Below are positions 19,200-28,777 of a stretch of 64,000 bases of DNA, piece after piece. Source of the stretch: Verrucomicrobiia bacterium (lineage in GTDB: Bacteria > Verrucomicrobiota > Verrucomicrobiia > Limisphaerales > UBA11358); the NCBI GenBank assembly GCA_036498725.1, contig DASYEY010000256.1, forward strand, positions 5,611 through 69,610, given 5' to 3'. The stretch's first letter is position 1. Each line of letters opens with the position of its first letter. A program made the position numbers and the translations under genes. Below the pieces are notes generated by a model that worked only from the letters and a program-made list of their open reading frames with translations, did not search any database and had not been told where the DNA came from.

Positions 19200-19237
19200 T
19201 CTTAACACTTTCTTAACGCGGTAGCGGGGTTTCTTAA
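19200..19237 (+). promoter_or_regulatory. Candidate KdpE operator (three phased TCTTAA repeats)
   Basis: TCTTAA occurs at 19200, 19211 and 19232, a spacing of 11 and 21 nt. The sites lie about 110 nt upstream of the first kdp-locus ORF. OmpR-family regulators bind helically phased direct repeats. Confidence 0.3.
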
Positions 19238-19349
19238 TTAGCCGGCCAGCCGAAGGTCGGCGAATCTGTGGTCATAAATGGATGCGACGCGTTGCCGCTG
19301 ACAGTTTTGAGGAGCGGGATGGAGCATTCCTAAGCGAACAACAAAACCT

Positions 19350-19433
19350 ATGATCGATTTTATCTTTGTCACAGCGATGGCCCTGTTTTTCGCGGCCGGC
19401 GAACTGTATGCCGGCTGGTGCGAGCAGCTCTGA
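19350..19433 (+). CDS. 27-aa hydrophobic mini-ORF upstream of kdpF (hypothetical)
   Basis: ATG...TGA encoding MIDFIFVTAMALFFAAGELYAGWCEQL. It has the same 84-nt length as kdpF, sits 17 nt upstream of it and contains one predicted TM helix. Confidence 0.35.
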   Translation: MIDFIFVTAMALFFAAGELYAGWCEQL

Positions 19434-19450
19434 TTTTAACTTTGAATTAT

Positions 19451-19534
19451 ATGGAAACCATTATCGTCGGGCTCATTGCCGTCGCCCTGTTCATTTATCT
19501 GTTCATGGCGATGGTTTATCCCGAAAAATTCTGA
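19451..19534 (+). CDS. kdpF: K+-transporting ATPase subunit F
   Basis: 27-aa single-TM peptide METIIVGLIAVALFIYLFMAMVYPEKF with the KdpF-typical C-terminal P-E-x-F. It ends 5 nt before the kdpA ATG. Confidence 0.7.
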   Translation: METIIVGLIAVALFIYLFMAMVYPEKF

Positions 19535-19539
19535 TTTTT

Positions 19540-21456
19540 ATGAATACTTCCGGCTGGTTACAACTCGTCTTTTTCGTCGTTGCGCTCGCGGGCATCACCA
19601 AACCGATGGGGCTTTACCTGACGCAGGTGCTTGATCCCAAGGGCAAGACCTGGCTGGATCCAATCATCCGCCCACTCGAACGCCTGTCCTATTGGGCGAT
19701 GGGGGTGCGTGCCGACCAAGAACAGACTTGGCGTCAATATACTTGGGCGATGTTATTGTTCAGCCTGGTGAGTTGCTTGCTGACCTACGTCATCCTGCGC
19801 CTGCAAAATTTTCTGCCGTTAAATCCACAAGGCCTGGGTGCCCTGAGTCCCGACCTTGCGTTCAATACGGCCGTCAGCTTCACGACGAATACGAACTGGC
19901 AGAGCTATGGCGGTGAATCAACGATGTCCTATTTCTCGCAGATGGTGGCGCTGGTCATCCACAATTTTGGGTCCGCCGCGACTGGCATCGCCATTGCCGC
20001 TGCCCTGGTGCGCGGCATCTCGCGGCATTCGACGAAGCTGCTCGGCAATTTCTGGGTGGATCTGGTGCGGGTCACTTTTTACCTGCTGGTGCCGATCTGT
20101 TTGATATTTGCCGTGGTGCTGGTGTCGCAGGGCATGATTCAAAATTTCAGCGCCTATACCAAAGCAAAATTAGTCGAACCTTACACCCTTCAAGTCCAGA
20201 AAGTGGACGACCAAGGCCAGCCCGTGACTACGAATATAGCAGTCATGGTGCAAGCGCCTAAGTTGGACTCAAAGGGTCAGGTGGTTTTGACCAATGGTCT
20301 GGCCGTCATGATGGATGTGCCGCAACGGGATGCGAAGGGACAGATCGTCATGACGAATGTGCCGGTGATGCTGGATCAAATCGTGGATGAACAGACCATC
20401 GTGCAAGGACCCATGGCTTCGCAGGTCGCGATCAAAATACTCGGCACGAACGGGGGTGGCTATACGAATGCGAATGCTGCCCATCCGTTTGAAAATCCGA
20501 CCCCGCTTTCCAATTTTCTGCAGATGCTCGCCATTTTCGCCATCGGCAGCGGGCTGACATATTACCTCGGTCGCATGACGAAAAATCAAAGCCATGGCTG
20601 GTCAATCTGGAGTGCGATGATGGCGCTTTTTCTGGCGGGAACACTCCTCTGCTGGTGGGCCGAGGCCGGGGGGAATCCGATTCATCAACAACTCGGCGTC
20701 GCGGTTGCCGACGGCAACATGGAAGGCAAGGAAGTCCGTTTCGGTGTCTTTAATTCGGCTTTGTTCGCCACGATTACAACGGATGCTTCCTGCGGCGCGG
20801 TTAACGCCATGCATGATTCATTTACGGCGCTCGGTGGTTTTGTGCCGCTGTTTAACATCCAGTTGGGCGAAATCATCATTGGCGGCGTCGGCGCGGGACT
20901 TTACGGCATGCTCATTTTCGTTGTGCTGGCGGTGTTCATCGCCGGCTTGATGGTAGGGCGCACGCCGGAATATCTCGGTAAAAAAATCAATGCCTTTGAT
21001 GTAAAAATGGCGATGCTTTCGTTGCTGATCCTTTGTTCGACCATTTTAGGGTTTGCGGCCTGGGCGGCGGTGAGCGATTGGGGTCGGGCCGGGCTTAACA
21101 ACAGCGGTCCGCACGGCTTGAGTGAGATTCTTTACGCCTATTCCTCTTGCGTCGGCAACAACGGTAGTGCGTTCGCGGGTCTTACTGCCAACACGGCCTG
21201 GTATAATACGACGCTGGGAGTGGCCATGTTGTTCGGACGCTTCCTGATGATCATTCCCATTATGGCATTGGCCGGGTCGCTGGCGCAGAAAAAGATCGTT
21301 CCCGCGAGCACCGGTACATTCCCGGTATCCGGCGGCACATTTATTTTGCTGTTACTTGGCACAATATTATTGGTCGGGGCTTTGAATTTTCTCCCGGTAT
21401 TGGCTTTGGGCCCGATGGTGGAGCATTTCCTGATGCTTCAGGGGAAACTGTTTTAA
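19540..21456 (+). CDS. kdpA: K+-transporting ATPase subunit A
   Basis: N-terminus MNTSGWLQLVFFVVALAGITKPMGLYL. Selectivity-filter-like segments are FTTNTNWQSYGGE, GTNGGG and ASCGAVN. The start was moved from 19366 to the ATG at 19540. Confidence 0.93.
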   Translation: MNTSGWLQLVFFVVALAGITKPMGLYLTQVLDPKGKTWLDPIIRPLERLSYWAMGVRADQEQTWRQYTWAMLLFSLVSCLLTYVILRLQNFLPLNPQGLGALSPDLAFNTAVSFTTNTNWQSYGGESTMSYFSQMVALVIHNFGSAATGIAIAAALVRGISRHSTKLLGNFWVDLVRVTFYLLVPICLIFAVVLVSQGMIQNFSAYTKAKLVEPYTLQVQKVDDQGQPVTTNIAVMVQAPKLDSKGQVVLTNGLAVMMDVPQRDAKGQIVMTNVPVMLDQIVDEQTIVQGPMASQVAIKILGTNGGGYTNANAAHPFENPTPLSNFLQMLAIFAIGSGLTYYLGRMTKNQSHGWSIWSAMMALFLAGTLLCWWAEAGGNPIHQQLGVAVADGNMEGKEVRFGVFNSALFATITTDASCGAVNAMHDSFTALGGFVPLFNIQLGEIIIGGVGAGLYGMLIFVVLAVFIAGLMVGRTPEYLGKKINAFDVKMAMLSLLILCSTILGFAAWAAVSDWGRAGLNNSGPHGLSEILYAYSSCVGNNGSAFAGLTANTAWYNTTLGVAMLFGRFLMIIPIMALAGSLAQKKIVPASTGTFPVSGGTFILLLLGTILLVGALNFLPVLALGPMVEHFLMLQGKLF

Positions 21457-21545
21457 TCCAAACCAACTCAATGCGATGAAACAACGTTTGCTTATCGGCA
21501 ACAAAATTTCCCCGACGATCACCGTGGGTTAATCACAGCACTTTT

Positions 21546-23657
21546 ATGACACATAAAGCTCCTGCTCTTTTTGATTGGAAGATTGCCGGGCCGGCGATCG
21601 GTGAAGCCTTTAAAAAGCTTAATCCACGCCTGATGATAAAAAATCCCGTCATGTTCGTGACGCTGGTTGGCGCAGCGCTGACAACGTTCGGAATTTTTAC
21701 CGCCCCGGTCGCCGACCGCAGTTTCATCACCCAACTGGCAATCTGGCTGTGGTTCACCGTGCTCTTCGCGAATTTTGCGGAAGCGGTTGCGGAGGGACGT
21801 GGCAAAGCTCAGGCCCAGGCGCTTCGCGGCACTCGTGTCAATACCCTTGCGCGCCGCGTTGGCAAAATTGGCAAGATTGAAGAGATTAGTGCGAATGAAT
21901 TGCGCAAAGGCGACGTTGTCCTTGTCCGTGCGGGCGAGGTTATTCCGGCCGATGGCGATGTCCTTGAAGGCGCGGCAACGGTTGATGAATCCGCCATTAC
22001 TGGTGAATCTGCACCCGTCATTCGCGAGAGCGGTGGTGATCGCAGTGCTGTCACCGGCGGGACACGCGTGTTGTCGGATGAAATCAAAATTCGTATTTCC
22101 GTTAACCCAGGCGAAGGGTTTTTGGATCGGATGATTTCGCTCGTCGAAGGCGCCTCGCGGCAAAAAACGCCGAATGAAATCGCGCTTACGATTTTGCTGT
22201 CGGCGTTGACCCTCATCTTCCTCCTGGTGTGCATCACGTTAAAACCGTTCGGTATTTATTCGGCTACAGTTTTTTCCGTGCCCGTATTGATCGCGCTGCT
22301 GGTCTGCTTGATTCCCACCACAATCGGCGGGTTATTAAGCGCGATCGGGATTGCAGGCATGGACCGCCTTTTACAGCACAATGTCCTGGCGATGAGCGGT
22401 CGCGCCGTCGAGGCGTCGGGCGACGTGGATGTGCTGTTACTTGATAAGACCGGAACCATCACCCTCGGCAACCGCATGGCTGCGGATTTTATTCCTGCAC
22501 CGGGAATTGAGATGGAGCGTTTGGTGGACGCCGCCCAATTGGCCTCACTGGCTGATGAAACTCCGGAGGGCCGCAGCATTGTCGTGCTCGCGAAGGAAAA
22601 ATTCCAATTGCGCGGCCGCGAAGTTACCGCCCCGCAGGCGCTATTCGTTCCCTTTACCGCGCAAACGCGCATGAGCGGAGTGGATTTTTACGATGGGAGT
22701 GCGCCTGCAATGTTTGGAGGAACGGGGTCTGACCCGGCGCATGGCACACCACCGCGCGACGGCGCGCGCACTCCCGTCCGTTCGATTCGCAAAGGTGCGG
22801 CAGAATCCATGAAGATTTACGTTGATCGTCTCGGTGGACAATTTCCCGACCGGGTAAATCGGCTGGTGGATAATGTGGCCCGTGCCGGCGGCACTCCCTT
22901 GGTGGTGGTCGAAGGTCGGGAAGTGCTGGGTGTGATTCAACTCAAAGACGTGGTGAAAGGCGGCATCAAAGAACGTTTCGCGCAACTTCGTAAAATGGGC
23001 ATTCGCACGATAATGATCACTGGCGACAATAAATTAACCGCCGCCGCCATCGCCGCCGAAGCGGGGGTGGATGATTTTCTGGCCGAAGCCACGCCCGAGG
23101 ACAAACTTGCGCTCATCCGCAAAGAACAAGCTGGCGGTCGCATGGTAGCGATGATTGGCGACGGTACCAACGACGCGCCGGCCCTGGCCCAAGCCGACGT
23201 GGGCGTGGCCATGAACACCGGCACGCAAGCGGCCAAAGAAGCCGGCAATATGGTGGACCTGGATTCGAATCCGACGAAACTCATTGAGATCATCGAAATC
23301 GGCAAACAACTGCTGATCACGCGCGGATCACTGACGACCTTTAGTATTGCCAACGACGTGGCGAAATATTTTGCCATCATTCCCGCAATGTTGATGATCA
23401 CTTTTCCCGTGATTGCACCGCTTAATGTCATGCATCTGCACAGCCCGAATAGTGCGATTTTGAGCGCAATCATTTTCAACGCCCTGGTCATTGTTGCGTT
23501 GATTCCGCTGGCGTTGCGCGGCGTGAAATTCAAACCGGTGGGCGCCCTCGCCATCCTGCAACGCAACCTGCTCATTTACGGGGCCGGCGGCATCATTATT
23601 CCTTTCGTCGGCATCAAGGCCATTGATTTGCTGATCACTTCACTCAACCTGATTTAA
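21546..23657 (+). CDS. kdpB: K+-transporting ATPase subunit B (P-type ATPase)
   Basis: [11 protein letters not shown] phosphorylation motif, [22 protein letters not shown] and ITGESAPV. Confidence 0.95.
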   Translation: MTHKAPALFDWKIAGPAIGEAFKKLNPRLMIKNPVMFVTLVGAALTTFGIFTAPVADRSFITQLAIWLWFTVLFANFAEAVAEGRGKAQAQALRGTRVNTLARRVGKIGKIEEISANELRKGDVVLVRAGEVIPADGDVLEGAATVDESAITGESAPVIRESGGDRSAVTGGTRVLSDEIKIRISVNPGEGFLDRMISLVEGASRQKTPNEIALTILLSALTLIFLLVCITLKPFGIYSATVFSVPVLIALLVCLIPTTIGGLLSAIGIAGMDRLLQHNVLAMSGRAVEASGDVDVLLLDKTGTITLGNRMAADFIPAPGIEMERLVDAAQLASLADETPEGRSIVVLAKEKFQLRGREVTAPQALFVPFTAQTRMSGVDFYDGSAPAMFGGTGSDPAHGTPPRDGARTPVRSIRKGAAESMKIYVDRLGGQFPDRVNRLVDNVARAGGTPLVVVEGREVLGVIQLKDVVKGGIKERFAQLRKMGIRTIMITGDNKLTAAAIAAEAGVDDFLAEATPEDKLALIRKEQAGGRMVAMIGDGTNDAPALAQADVGVAMNTGTQAAKEAGNMVDLDSNPTKLIEIIEIGKQLLITRGSLTTFSIANDVAKYFAIIPAMLMITFPVIAPLNVMHLHSPNSAILSAIIFNALVIVALIPLALRGVKFKPVGALAILQRNLLIYGAGGIIIPFVGIKAIDLLITSLNLI

Positions 23658-23661
23658 ATCT

Positions 23662-24261
23662 ATGAAAAAATTATTTTCCGAATTCCGGGCCGCCCTGATG
23701 GCCACGCTGGCTTTTGTGGTTGTCTGCTGCGGACTGTATCCGCTGGCCGTCTTTGGCATCTCGCAAGTGTTGTTTCACGATCAAGCGAACGGCAGCCTGA
23801 TTGTGGATAAAAACGGAGTCATTCACGGTTCGCGCTTGATTGGCCAGCAATTCACCGGTGACAAATATTTTACTTCCCGCCCGTCCAATGCGGGTGCCAA
23901 CGGCATGACCTATGATGCGATCAGTTCCAGTGGCAGCAATCTCGGGCCGACCTCGCGAAAACTGGCCGATGCCATCAAAAAAAATATCGCAAATTATCGC
24001 GTCCAAAATAATCTCGATACCAATACCCCCATACCGGCCGATGCGGTCACCGCTTCCGCGAGCGGCCTCGATCCGCATATCAGTTTGCGCAATGCCGAAT
24101 TGCAAACTCCGCGAGTTGCCAAAGTGCGCGGTTTAAGCGAGGCCAAAGTGCGTGACCTCATCCGTGCCAATACGGAGGCTGCGAGCCTCGGTTTCCTTGG
24201 CGAACCGGGAGTGAACGTTCTCCCGCTCAATCTGGCCTTGGACGCGTTGACGGCGAAATAG
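23662..24261 (+). CDS. kdpC: K+-transporting ATPase subunit C
   Basis: 199-aa protein with a single N-terminal TM helix, a conserved SGLDPHIS motif and the expected position after kdpB. Confidence 0.9.
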   Translation: MKKLFSEFRAALMATLAFVVVCCGLYPLAVFGISQVLFHDQANGSLIVDKNGVIHGSRLIGQQFTGDKYFTSRPSNAGANGMTYDAISSSGSNLGPTSRKLADAIKKNIANYRVQNNLDTNTPIPADAVTASASGLDPHISLRNAELQTPRVAKVRGLSEAKVRDLIRANTEAASLGFLGEPGVNVLPLNLALDALTAK

Positions 24262-24352
24262 AAATGGTGTGCCGCCGTTCCACGATTTACTGCGGCGAGC
24301 TGAGAGTCTTTTAAGCTGAATTCCCCGATAAATTCATTAAGCTGAATTTGTG

Positions 24353-27013
24353 ATGGAGCCGGACCGCCCCAATCCCGATTCTTTACTGGCCGCAATTCAA
24401 AACGAGGTGGCGCGCAAAAAACGCGGCCGGCTCAAGGTGTTTCTCGGCATGTGCCCCGGTGTCGGCAAGACGTTTGCCATGCTCGAAGCCGCGCAGCGCG
24501 AAATCAAAAACGGCAGCGATCTCGTCATCGGTTACGTTGAGACCCATGGCCGTAAAGAAACCGACGCGCTTACCGCGGGACTGCCGTTGATCGCGCGGAA
24601 AAATTTAGTGCATCGCGATCTTGCGTTGACGGAAATGGACCTGGACGCCGTGCTTGCGCGCCACCCGCAACTAGCGCTCGTGGATGAACTCGCGCATACG
24701 AATACACCCGGTTCACGTCATCCAAAACGCTGGCAGGACGTGAATGAATTGCTCGACGCGGGGATTGATGTTTTCACAACGCTCAATGTGCAGCACATTG
24801 AAAGTCGAGCCGATACCGTCCGCCAGGTCACGGGCGCGGAAATCCGCGAAACGGTTCCCGATAGCATGCTTGACGACGCAGAGCTTGAATTGATTGACCT
24901 GCCGCCGGCCGAACTTGTGGAGCGTTTGCAGCAGGGAAAAATTTATCTGCCGGAACGCACCGCCAGCGCCACGCAGAATTTTTTCCGCGCAGCCAATCTC
25001 ACCGCGCTGCGCGAATTGTCATTGCGGCTGGTCGCCGATCATGTCGGTGCGGAAACCCAAGCACATCATCGCCGGCAAAACCAGGCGGTTGCCTGGAAAA
25101 CCGGCCATCGCCTGATGGTCGCCGTCAGTGGGAGCCCATTTTCTGAATCCCTCATCCGGTGGACCCGGCGCATGGCTGACAGTCTAAGATGTCCGTGGCT
25201 GGCGGTTCATATTGAAAATGCCCACGGGCTGGAGGATGCGACCCAATCGCGGCTGGAGAAGAATCTCGCGCTGGCTCGCTCCATGGGGGCGGAAGTGATT
25301 GGCACGACGGACGAAAATCTAGCCCGTGGCCTGCTTCGGGTGGCGCGGCAGAACAATGTTTCACAGCTCATTATCGGCAAACCTGCGGTGAACAACCCAT
25401 TGGCATGGCTTTGGGGTGGGAGATTATTACGCCAACTGGCGCGTGACAGTGGCAATATAGATCTGCAAGTCGTGCGCGCCGAGAAAAGCGACTTAGTGCC
25501 GCGAACGCCCGGCTGGCGCTGGCGGCCGAGCACCAGTTGGAAACAATACGGCGCCGCTGCCGGCGTGCTGGCAGCGATGGGTTTGCTGAACGTGTTGCTG
25601 GCCCAATTCACCGGCCCGCGGGTGCCGGGTTTTATTTTCCTGCTGGCCGTTGTGCTTCTGGCGTTGTTTCTCGGGCGCGGGCCGGTTTTATTTGCCGGCG
25701 TGGCGAGTGCGCTGGTCTGGAATTATTTTTTCCTCCCGCCCCGTTTCACATTCATCATCAACAACACCGAAGATGGCATCCTGTTCGGACTTTATTTCGT
25801 GGTCGCCAGCGTGCTCGGGCAGTTGGTCGCCCGCATCCGAACGCAGGAGCAGGCCGAACGCCAGCGCGAGGAACGGGCGACGGCGCTCTATCAACTCACG
25901 CGGGAATTCGCGGCGGCGGGCACGCGGGACGAGGTTGTCTGGCAATTGATCGCGGAAGTGGACCGCGTTTTCCACGCCCATACCGCCGTGGTTTTGCCGG
26001 GGGAAAATTCACTGGCAGCGCATCCGGATGGTTCGCTGGTACTATCCGAAAAAGAATTGCACGTGGCGGAGTGGGGTTTTCTTAATCGTCAGGCCGCCGG
26101 AAAATTCACCGATAACCTGCCGGGAGCGGAAGCCTTGCACCTGCCGTTGATGACCGAACGTGCCGTTGTCGGCATGCTGTCGGTGAAGCTATCGGATAAA
26201 GTCCTGCCGCTGGTTCGCCGGGACCTGCTGGAAACCTACGCGCGGCAGGCGACGTTGGTGCTGGATCGGGTGGCCTTGCGCGCGGCGGGCGAGCAAAACA
26301 AATTGATCGCGGAGTCCGAACGCTTGAGCAACGCCTTATTGAATTCGATTTCGCACGAACTGCGCACGCCACTGGCCGCCATCACCAGCGCCGCGAGTGC
26401 GTTGGCAGAGGTAAAAAATGCGGACGGTGAATTCAATCATGCCATGATTGCGGAAATTCAGGAGGCCTCAGCGCGTTTGAACCGGCTCGTCGGCAACCTG
26501 CTGGATGTGACGCGACTGGATTCCGGCCACGTCCGTCCAAAACTTGACTGGTGTGATGTCAGTGATCTGGTGCAAACCACCATTCGTTCATTGGGGCGGG
26601 AATTAGCCGGGCGCGAAATTAAAGTTGAAGTTGCCAAGGCCATGCCGCTGGCCCGGCTTGATTTCACGCTGATGCAGCAGGTGCTGGCCAATCTGTTGCT
26701 GAACGCTGCCCTCCATACGCCGGCGGGCACGCGTATTCAATTGCAAGCGTGGCCGGAAAAGGAACACCTTTTTTTTGCGGTCGCAGACAACGGTCCGGGT
26801 TTGTCACCGGAATTGTTGCCGCATCTGTTTGGAAAATTTTTTCGCGCGCCAGATGCGCCCGCTGGCGGCAGCGGTTTGGGGCTCGCCATCGTGAAAGGAT
26901 TTGTGGAAGCTCACGGTGGACAGATTTCCGCGGCCAATCGTCCGGCTGGGGGCGCGATTTTTTCCATCCGCATTCCGCAAACCGAGTTGCCACCAACTGA
27001 AGCGTTACCATGA
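24353..27013 (+). CDS. kdpD: Sensor histidine kinase KdpD
   Basis: N-terminal KdpD domain with GRLKVFLGMCPGVGKTFAML, a Usp-like domain, 4 TM helices and a GAF-like region. H-box SISHELRTPL and G-box GSGLGLAIVKG are present. Confidence 0.93.
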   Translation: MEPDRPNPDSLLAAIQNEVARKKRGRLKVFLGMCPGVGKTFAMLEAAQREIKNGSDLVIGYVETHGRKETDALTAGLPLIARKNLVHRDLALTEMDLDAVLARHPQLALVDELAHTNTPGSRHPKRWQDVNELLDAGIDVFTTLNVQHIESRADTVRQVTGAEIRETVPDSMLDDAELELIDLPPAELVERLQQGKIYLPERTASATQNFFRAANLTALRELSLRLVADHVGAETQAHHRRQNQAVAWKTGHRLMVAVSGSPFSESLIRWTRRMADSLRCPWLAVHIENAHGLEDATQSRLEKNLALARSMGAEVIGTTDENLARGLLRVARQNNVSQLIIGKPAVNNPLAWLWGGRLLRQLARDSGNIDLQVVRAEKSDLVPRTPGWRWRPSTSWKQYGAAAGVLAAMGLLNVLLAQFTGPRVPGFIFLLAVVLLALFLGRGPVLFAGVASALVWNYFFLPPRFTFIINNTEDGILFGLYFVVASVLGQLVARIRTQEQAERQREERATALYQLTREFAAAGTRDEVVWQLIAEVDRVFHAHTAVVLPGENSLAAHPDGSLVLSEKELHVAEWGFLNRQAAGKFTDNLPGAEALHLPLMTERAVVGMLSVKLSDKVLPLVRRDLLETYARQATLVLDRVALRAAGEQNKLIAESERLSNALLNSISHELRTPLAAITSAASALAEVKNADGEFNHAMIAEIQEASARLNRLVGNLLDVTRLDSGHVRPKLDWCDVSDLVQTTIRSLGRELAGREIKVEVAKAMPLARLDFTLMQQVLANLLLNAALHTPAGTRIQLQAWPEKEHLFFAVADNGPGLSPELLPHLFGKFFRAPDAPAGGSGLGLAIVKGFVEAHGGQISAANRPAGGAIFSIRIPQTELPPTEALP

Positions 27014-27714
27014 GCTCGCCCATTACTGAGCCTTCCCAGACTGCGCTGGTCATTGACGACGAGCCGCAGATCCGTCGTTTATTGCGCGTGACGCTGGAAG
27101 CAAACGGTTATGCCGTCGTGGATGCGACCAATGGCAAGGAAGGCATCGTGCAAGCTGCCCAGTGCCGCCCGGATGTGATTTTGCTCGATTTGGGCCTGCC
27201 GGATTTGACTGGCGTGAAAGTATTGAAGCGCATCCGCGAATGGAGCCAGGTCCCAGTTGTCATTCTGAGCGTGCGGGATCGTGAGCAGGACAAGATCGCC
27301 GCGCTGGACGCGGGGGCGGATGATTATGTAACCAAGCCATTTGCCAGCGGCGAATTGCTGGCACGTCTGCGGACGGCTCGACGCCGAAGCCAACCAGCGA
27401 CGATTGCGGTTTTTCGTGCCGCCGATCTGGAAATTGACTTGTCCGCGCGCCTAGTCCGCAAGCACGGCGTCGAAGTGAAGCTGACGCCGACCGAATATGC
27501 CTTGTTAAGGCAGCTGGTAGTCCATGCGGGGAAGGTCATCACCCATCGCCAGTTGCTGACAGAAATCTGGGGGCCGGGCGCGGTGGAGCAGACCCATTAT
27601 CTTCGGGTTCATATCGCCCACCTGCGTGAGAAGTTGGAAGACAGCGCCGCCCCAGCTGGGTTAATCCTCACCGAACCGGGTGTTGGTTATCGGTTGGTTG
27701 GCGGGACTGATTAA
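27010..27714 (+). CDS. kdpE: Response regulator KdpE (OmpR family)
   Basis: Receiver motifs are LVIDDEP, LLDLGLPD and VTKPF. A winged-helix output domain is present (LTPTEYALLRQL, GVGYRL). There is an ATGA overlap with kdpD. Confidence 0.92.
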   Translation: MSSPITEPSQTALVIDDEPQIRRLLRVTLEANGYAVVDATNGKEGIVQAAQCRPDVILLDLGLPDLTGVKVLKRIREWSQVPVVILSVRDREQDKIAALDAGADDYVTKPFASGELLARLRTARRRSQPATIAVFRAADLEIDLSARLVRKHGVEVKLTPTEYALLRQLVVHAGKVITHRQLLTEIWGPGAVEQTHYLRVHIAHLREKLEDSAAPAGLILTEPGVGYRLVGGTD

Positions 27715-27888
27715 GGGACGCAAGCTGGGTTCCAATTCCACGCCACCTCAGCTGAAGTTATTCCACAGGTGTCGGCGCGGGCACTTAAGCACCTGTTATA
27801 ACAGCTTTGCACGCCTGAAAGGTCAGAAATTCCAAAACGCCTCTCAAAACGTTAACCCTCGGGACGCGCGTTCACCTACAGTAGGCTC

Positions 27889-28734
27889 ATGCACCATACT
27901 GTCCACTCGCGGAAGCAGCCGTATCGCCTGATGGCATTTACCTTGATTGAATTATTGGTTGTTATCGCGATTATCGCAATTTTGGCGGCCATGTTGCTGC
28001 CCGCCCTGGCTTCAGCCAAGAGCAAGGCGCTGCGGATTGCCTGTCTGAACAATCTGAAACAGACCATCATCCTTACGCAGATTTACACGGATGATAACGG
28101 CGACAAATTTCCGACTGCGCTGGCCGCCGACACACCCAATGATAAATTGTTAAATTGGTGGGGCACCGCGATCTGTGGTGGCAATACAAATAACTACCAA
28201 ATGTTTCATGATCCGGCGTTGCAGGGGCAGGTTTCTTACAATGGTACAACCTGGACTTGGGCGTTTAATTTTGATCTGGTCAGTTACGGATACAATTCCT
28301 ACTTCCTTGACGGTGCCCCCAATTCGGTCGGCACGGATCCGGTGACGATTGGTTCGTTTGCCTACGGTAGTATGCGGAATTTCAAACGTTCCAGCGTGTT
28401 GCATCCAAGCGATTGCCTGGTATTTGGCGACAAACAGCCCAAGCCCAATAGTCAAGGGGCGGCGGCTTTGACGGCGAGCGGTAGTTTATGGTGGGCGAAG
28501 GCGTCAATGGATTCCAGTAAAAGTACTTCCCAGCAATTTGAAGGCATCGATACCCGCCGCCATAATGGCGGAAAGTGGGGTGGTGTCGGTGATGTCGCTT
28601 TTGTGGATGGCCACGCTGAATCCAAAAAGGATGCCAACATAAACCCGCCCATTGATCCGCTTGGCGGAGCCAGTTCACAGTGCCTGGTTAACTCCCGCTA
28701 TTGGGATCCGCTCCAACGTGCGGGCACCCGATAA
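27889..28734 (+). CDS. Prepilin-type N-terminal cleavage/methylation domain protein (PVC H-X9-DG-like family)
   Basis: [26 protein letters not shown] is a class-III signal/pilin-like helix. The C-terminal region has RRHNGG...[10 protein letters not shown]. This family is hugely expanded in Verrucomicrobia and Planctomycetes. Confidence 0.8.
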   Translation: MHHTVHSRKQPYRLMAFTLIELLVVIAIIAILAAMLLPALASAKSKALRIACLNNLKQTIILTQIYTDDNGDKFPTALAADTPNDKLLNWWGTAICGGNTNNYQMFHDPALQGQVSYNGTTWTWAFNFDLVSYGYNSYFLDGAPNSVGTDPVTIGSFAYGSMRNFKRSSVLHPSDCLVFGDKQPKPNSQGAAALTASGSLWWAKASMDSSKSTSQQFEGIDTRRHNGGKWGGVGDVAFVDGHAESKKDANINPPIDPLGGASSQCLVNSRYWDPLQRAGTR

Positions 28735-28777
28735 AATTCAATTTCGTTCCCGTTCCTAAACAAAATCACAAAATCAT

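Noticed and set aside
19123-19349. Possible c-di-AMP (ydaO/kimA-type) riboswitch in the kdp leader.
   Set aside because: I could not recognise the pseudo-two-fold ydaO consensus. KdpDE is present and is sufficient for regulation. A covariance-model search (Rfam) would be needed to exclude it formally.
19366-19539. 58-codon N-terminal extension of KdpA given by the ORF track.
   Set aside because: KdpA homology begins at MNTSGWLQL (ATG 19540). The extension is Arg/Cys/His-rich and overlaps the out-of-frame kdpF and the upstream mini-ORF.
21519-22237. Minus-strand ORFs of 214 aa and 142 aa opposite the 5' part of kdpB.
   Set aside because: kdpB is unambiguous on the plus strand, so these are shadow frames.
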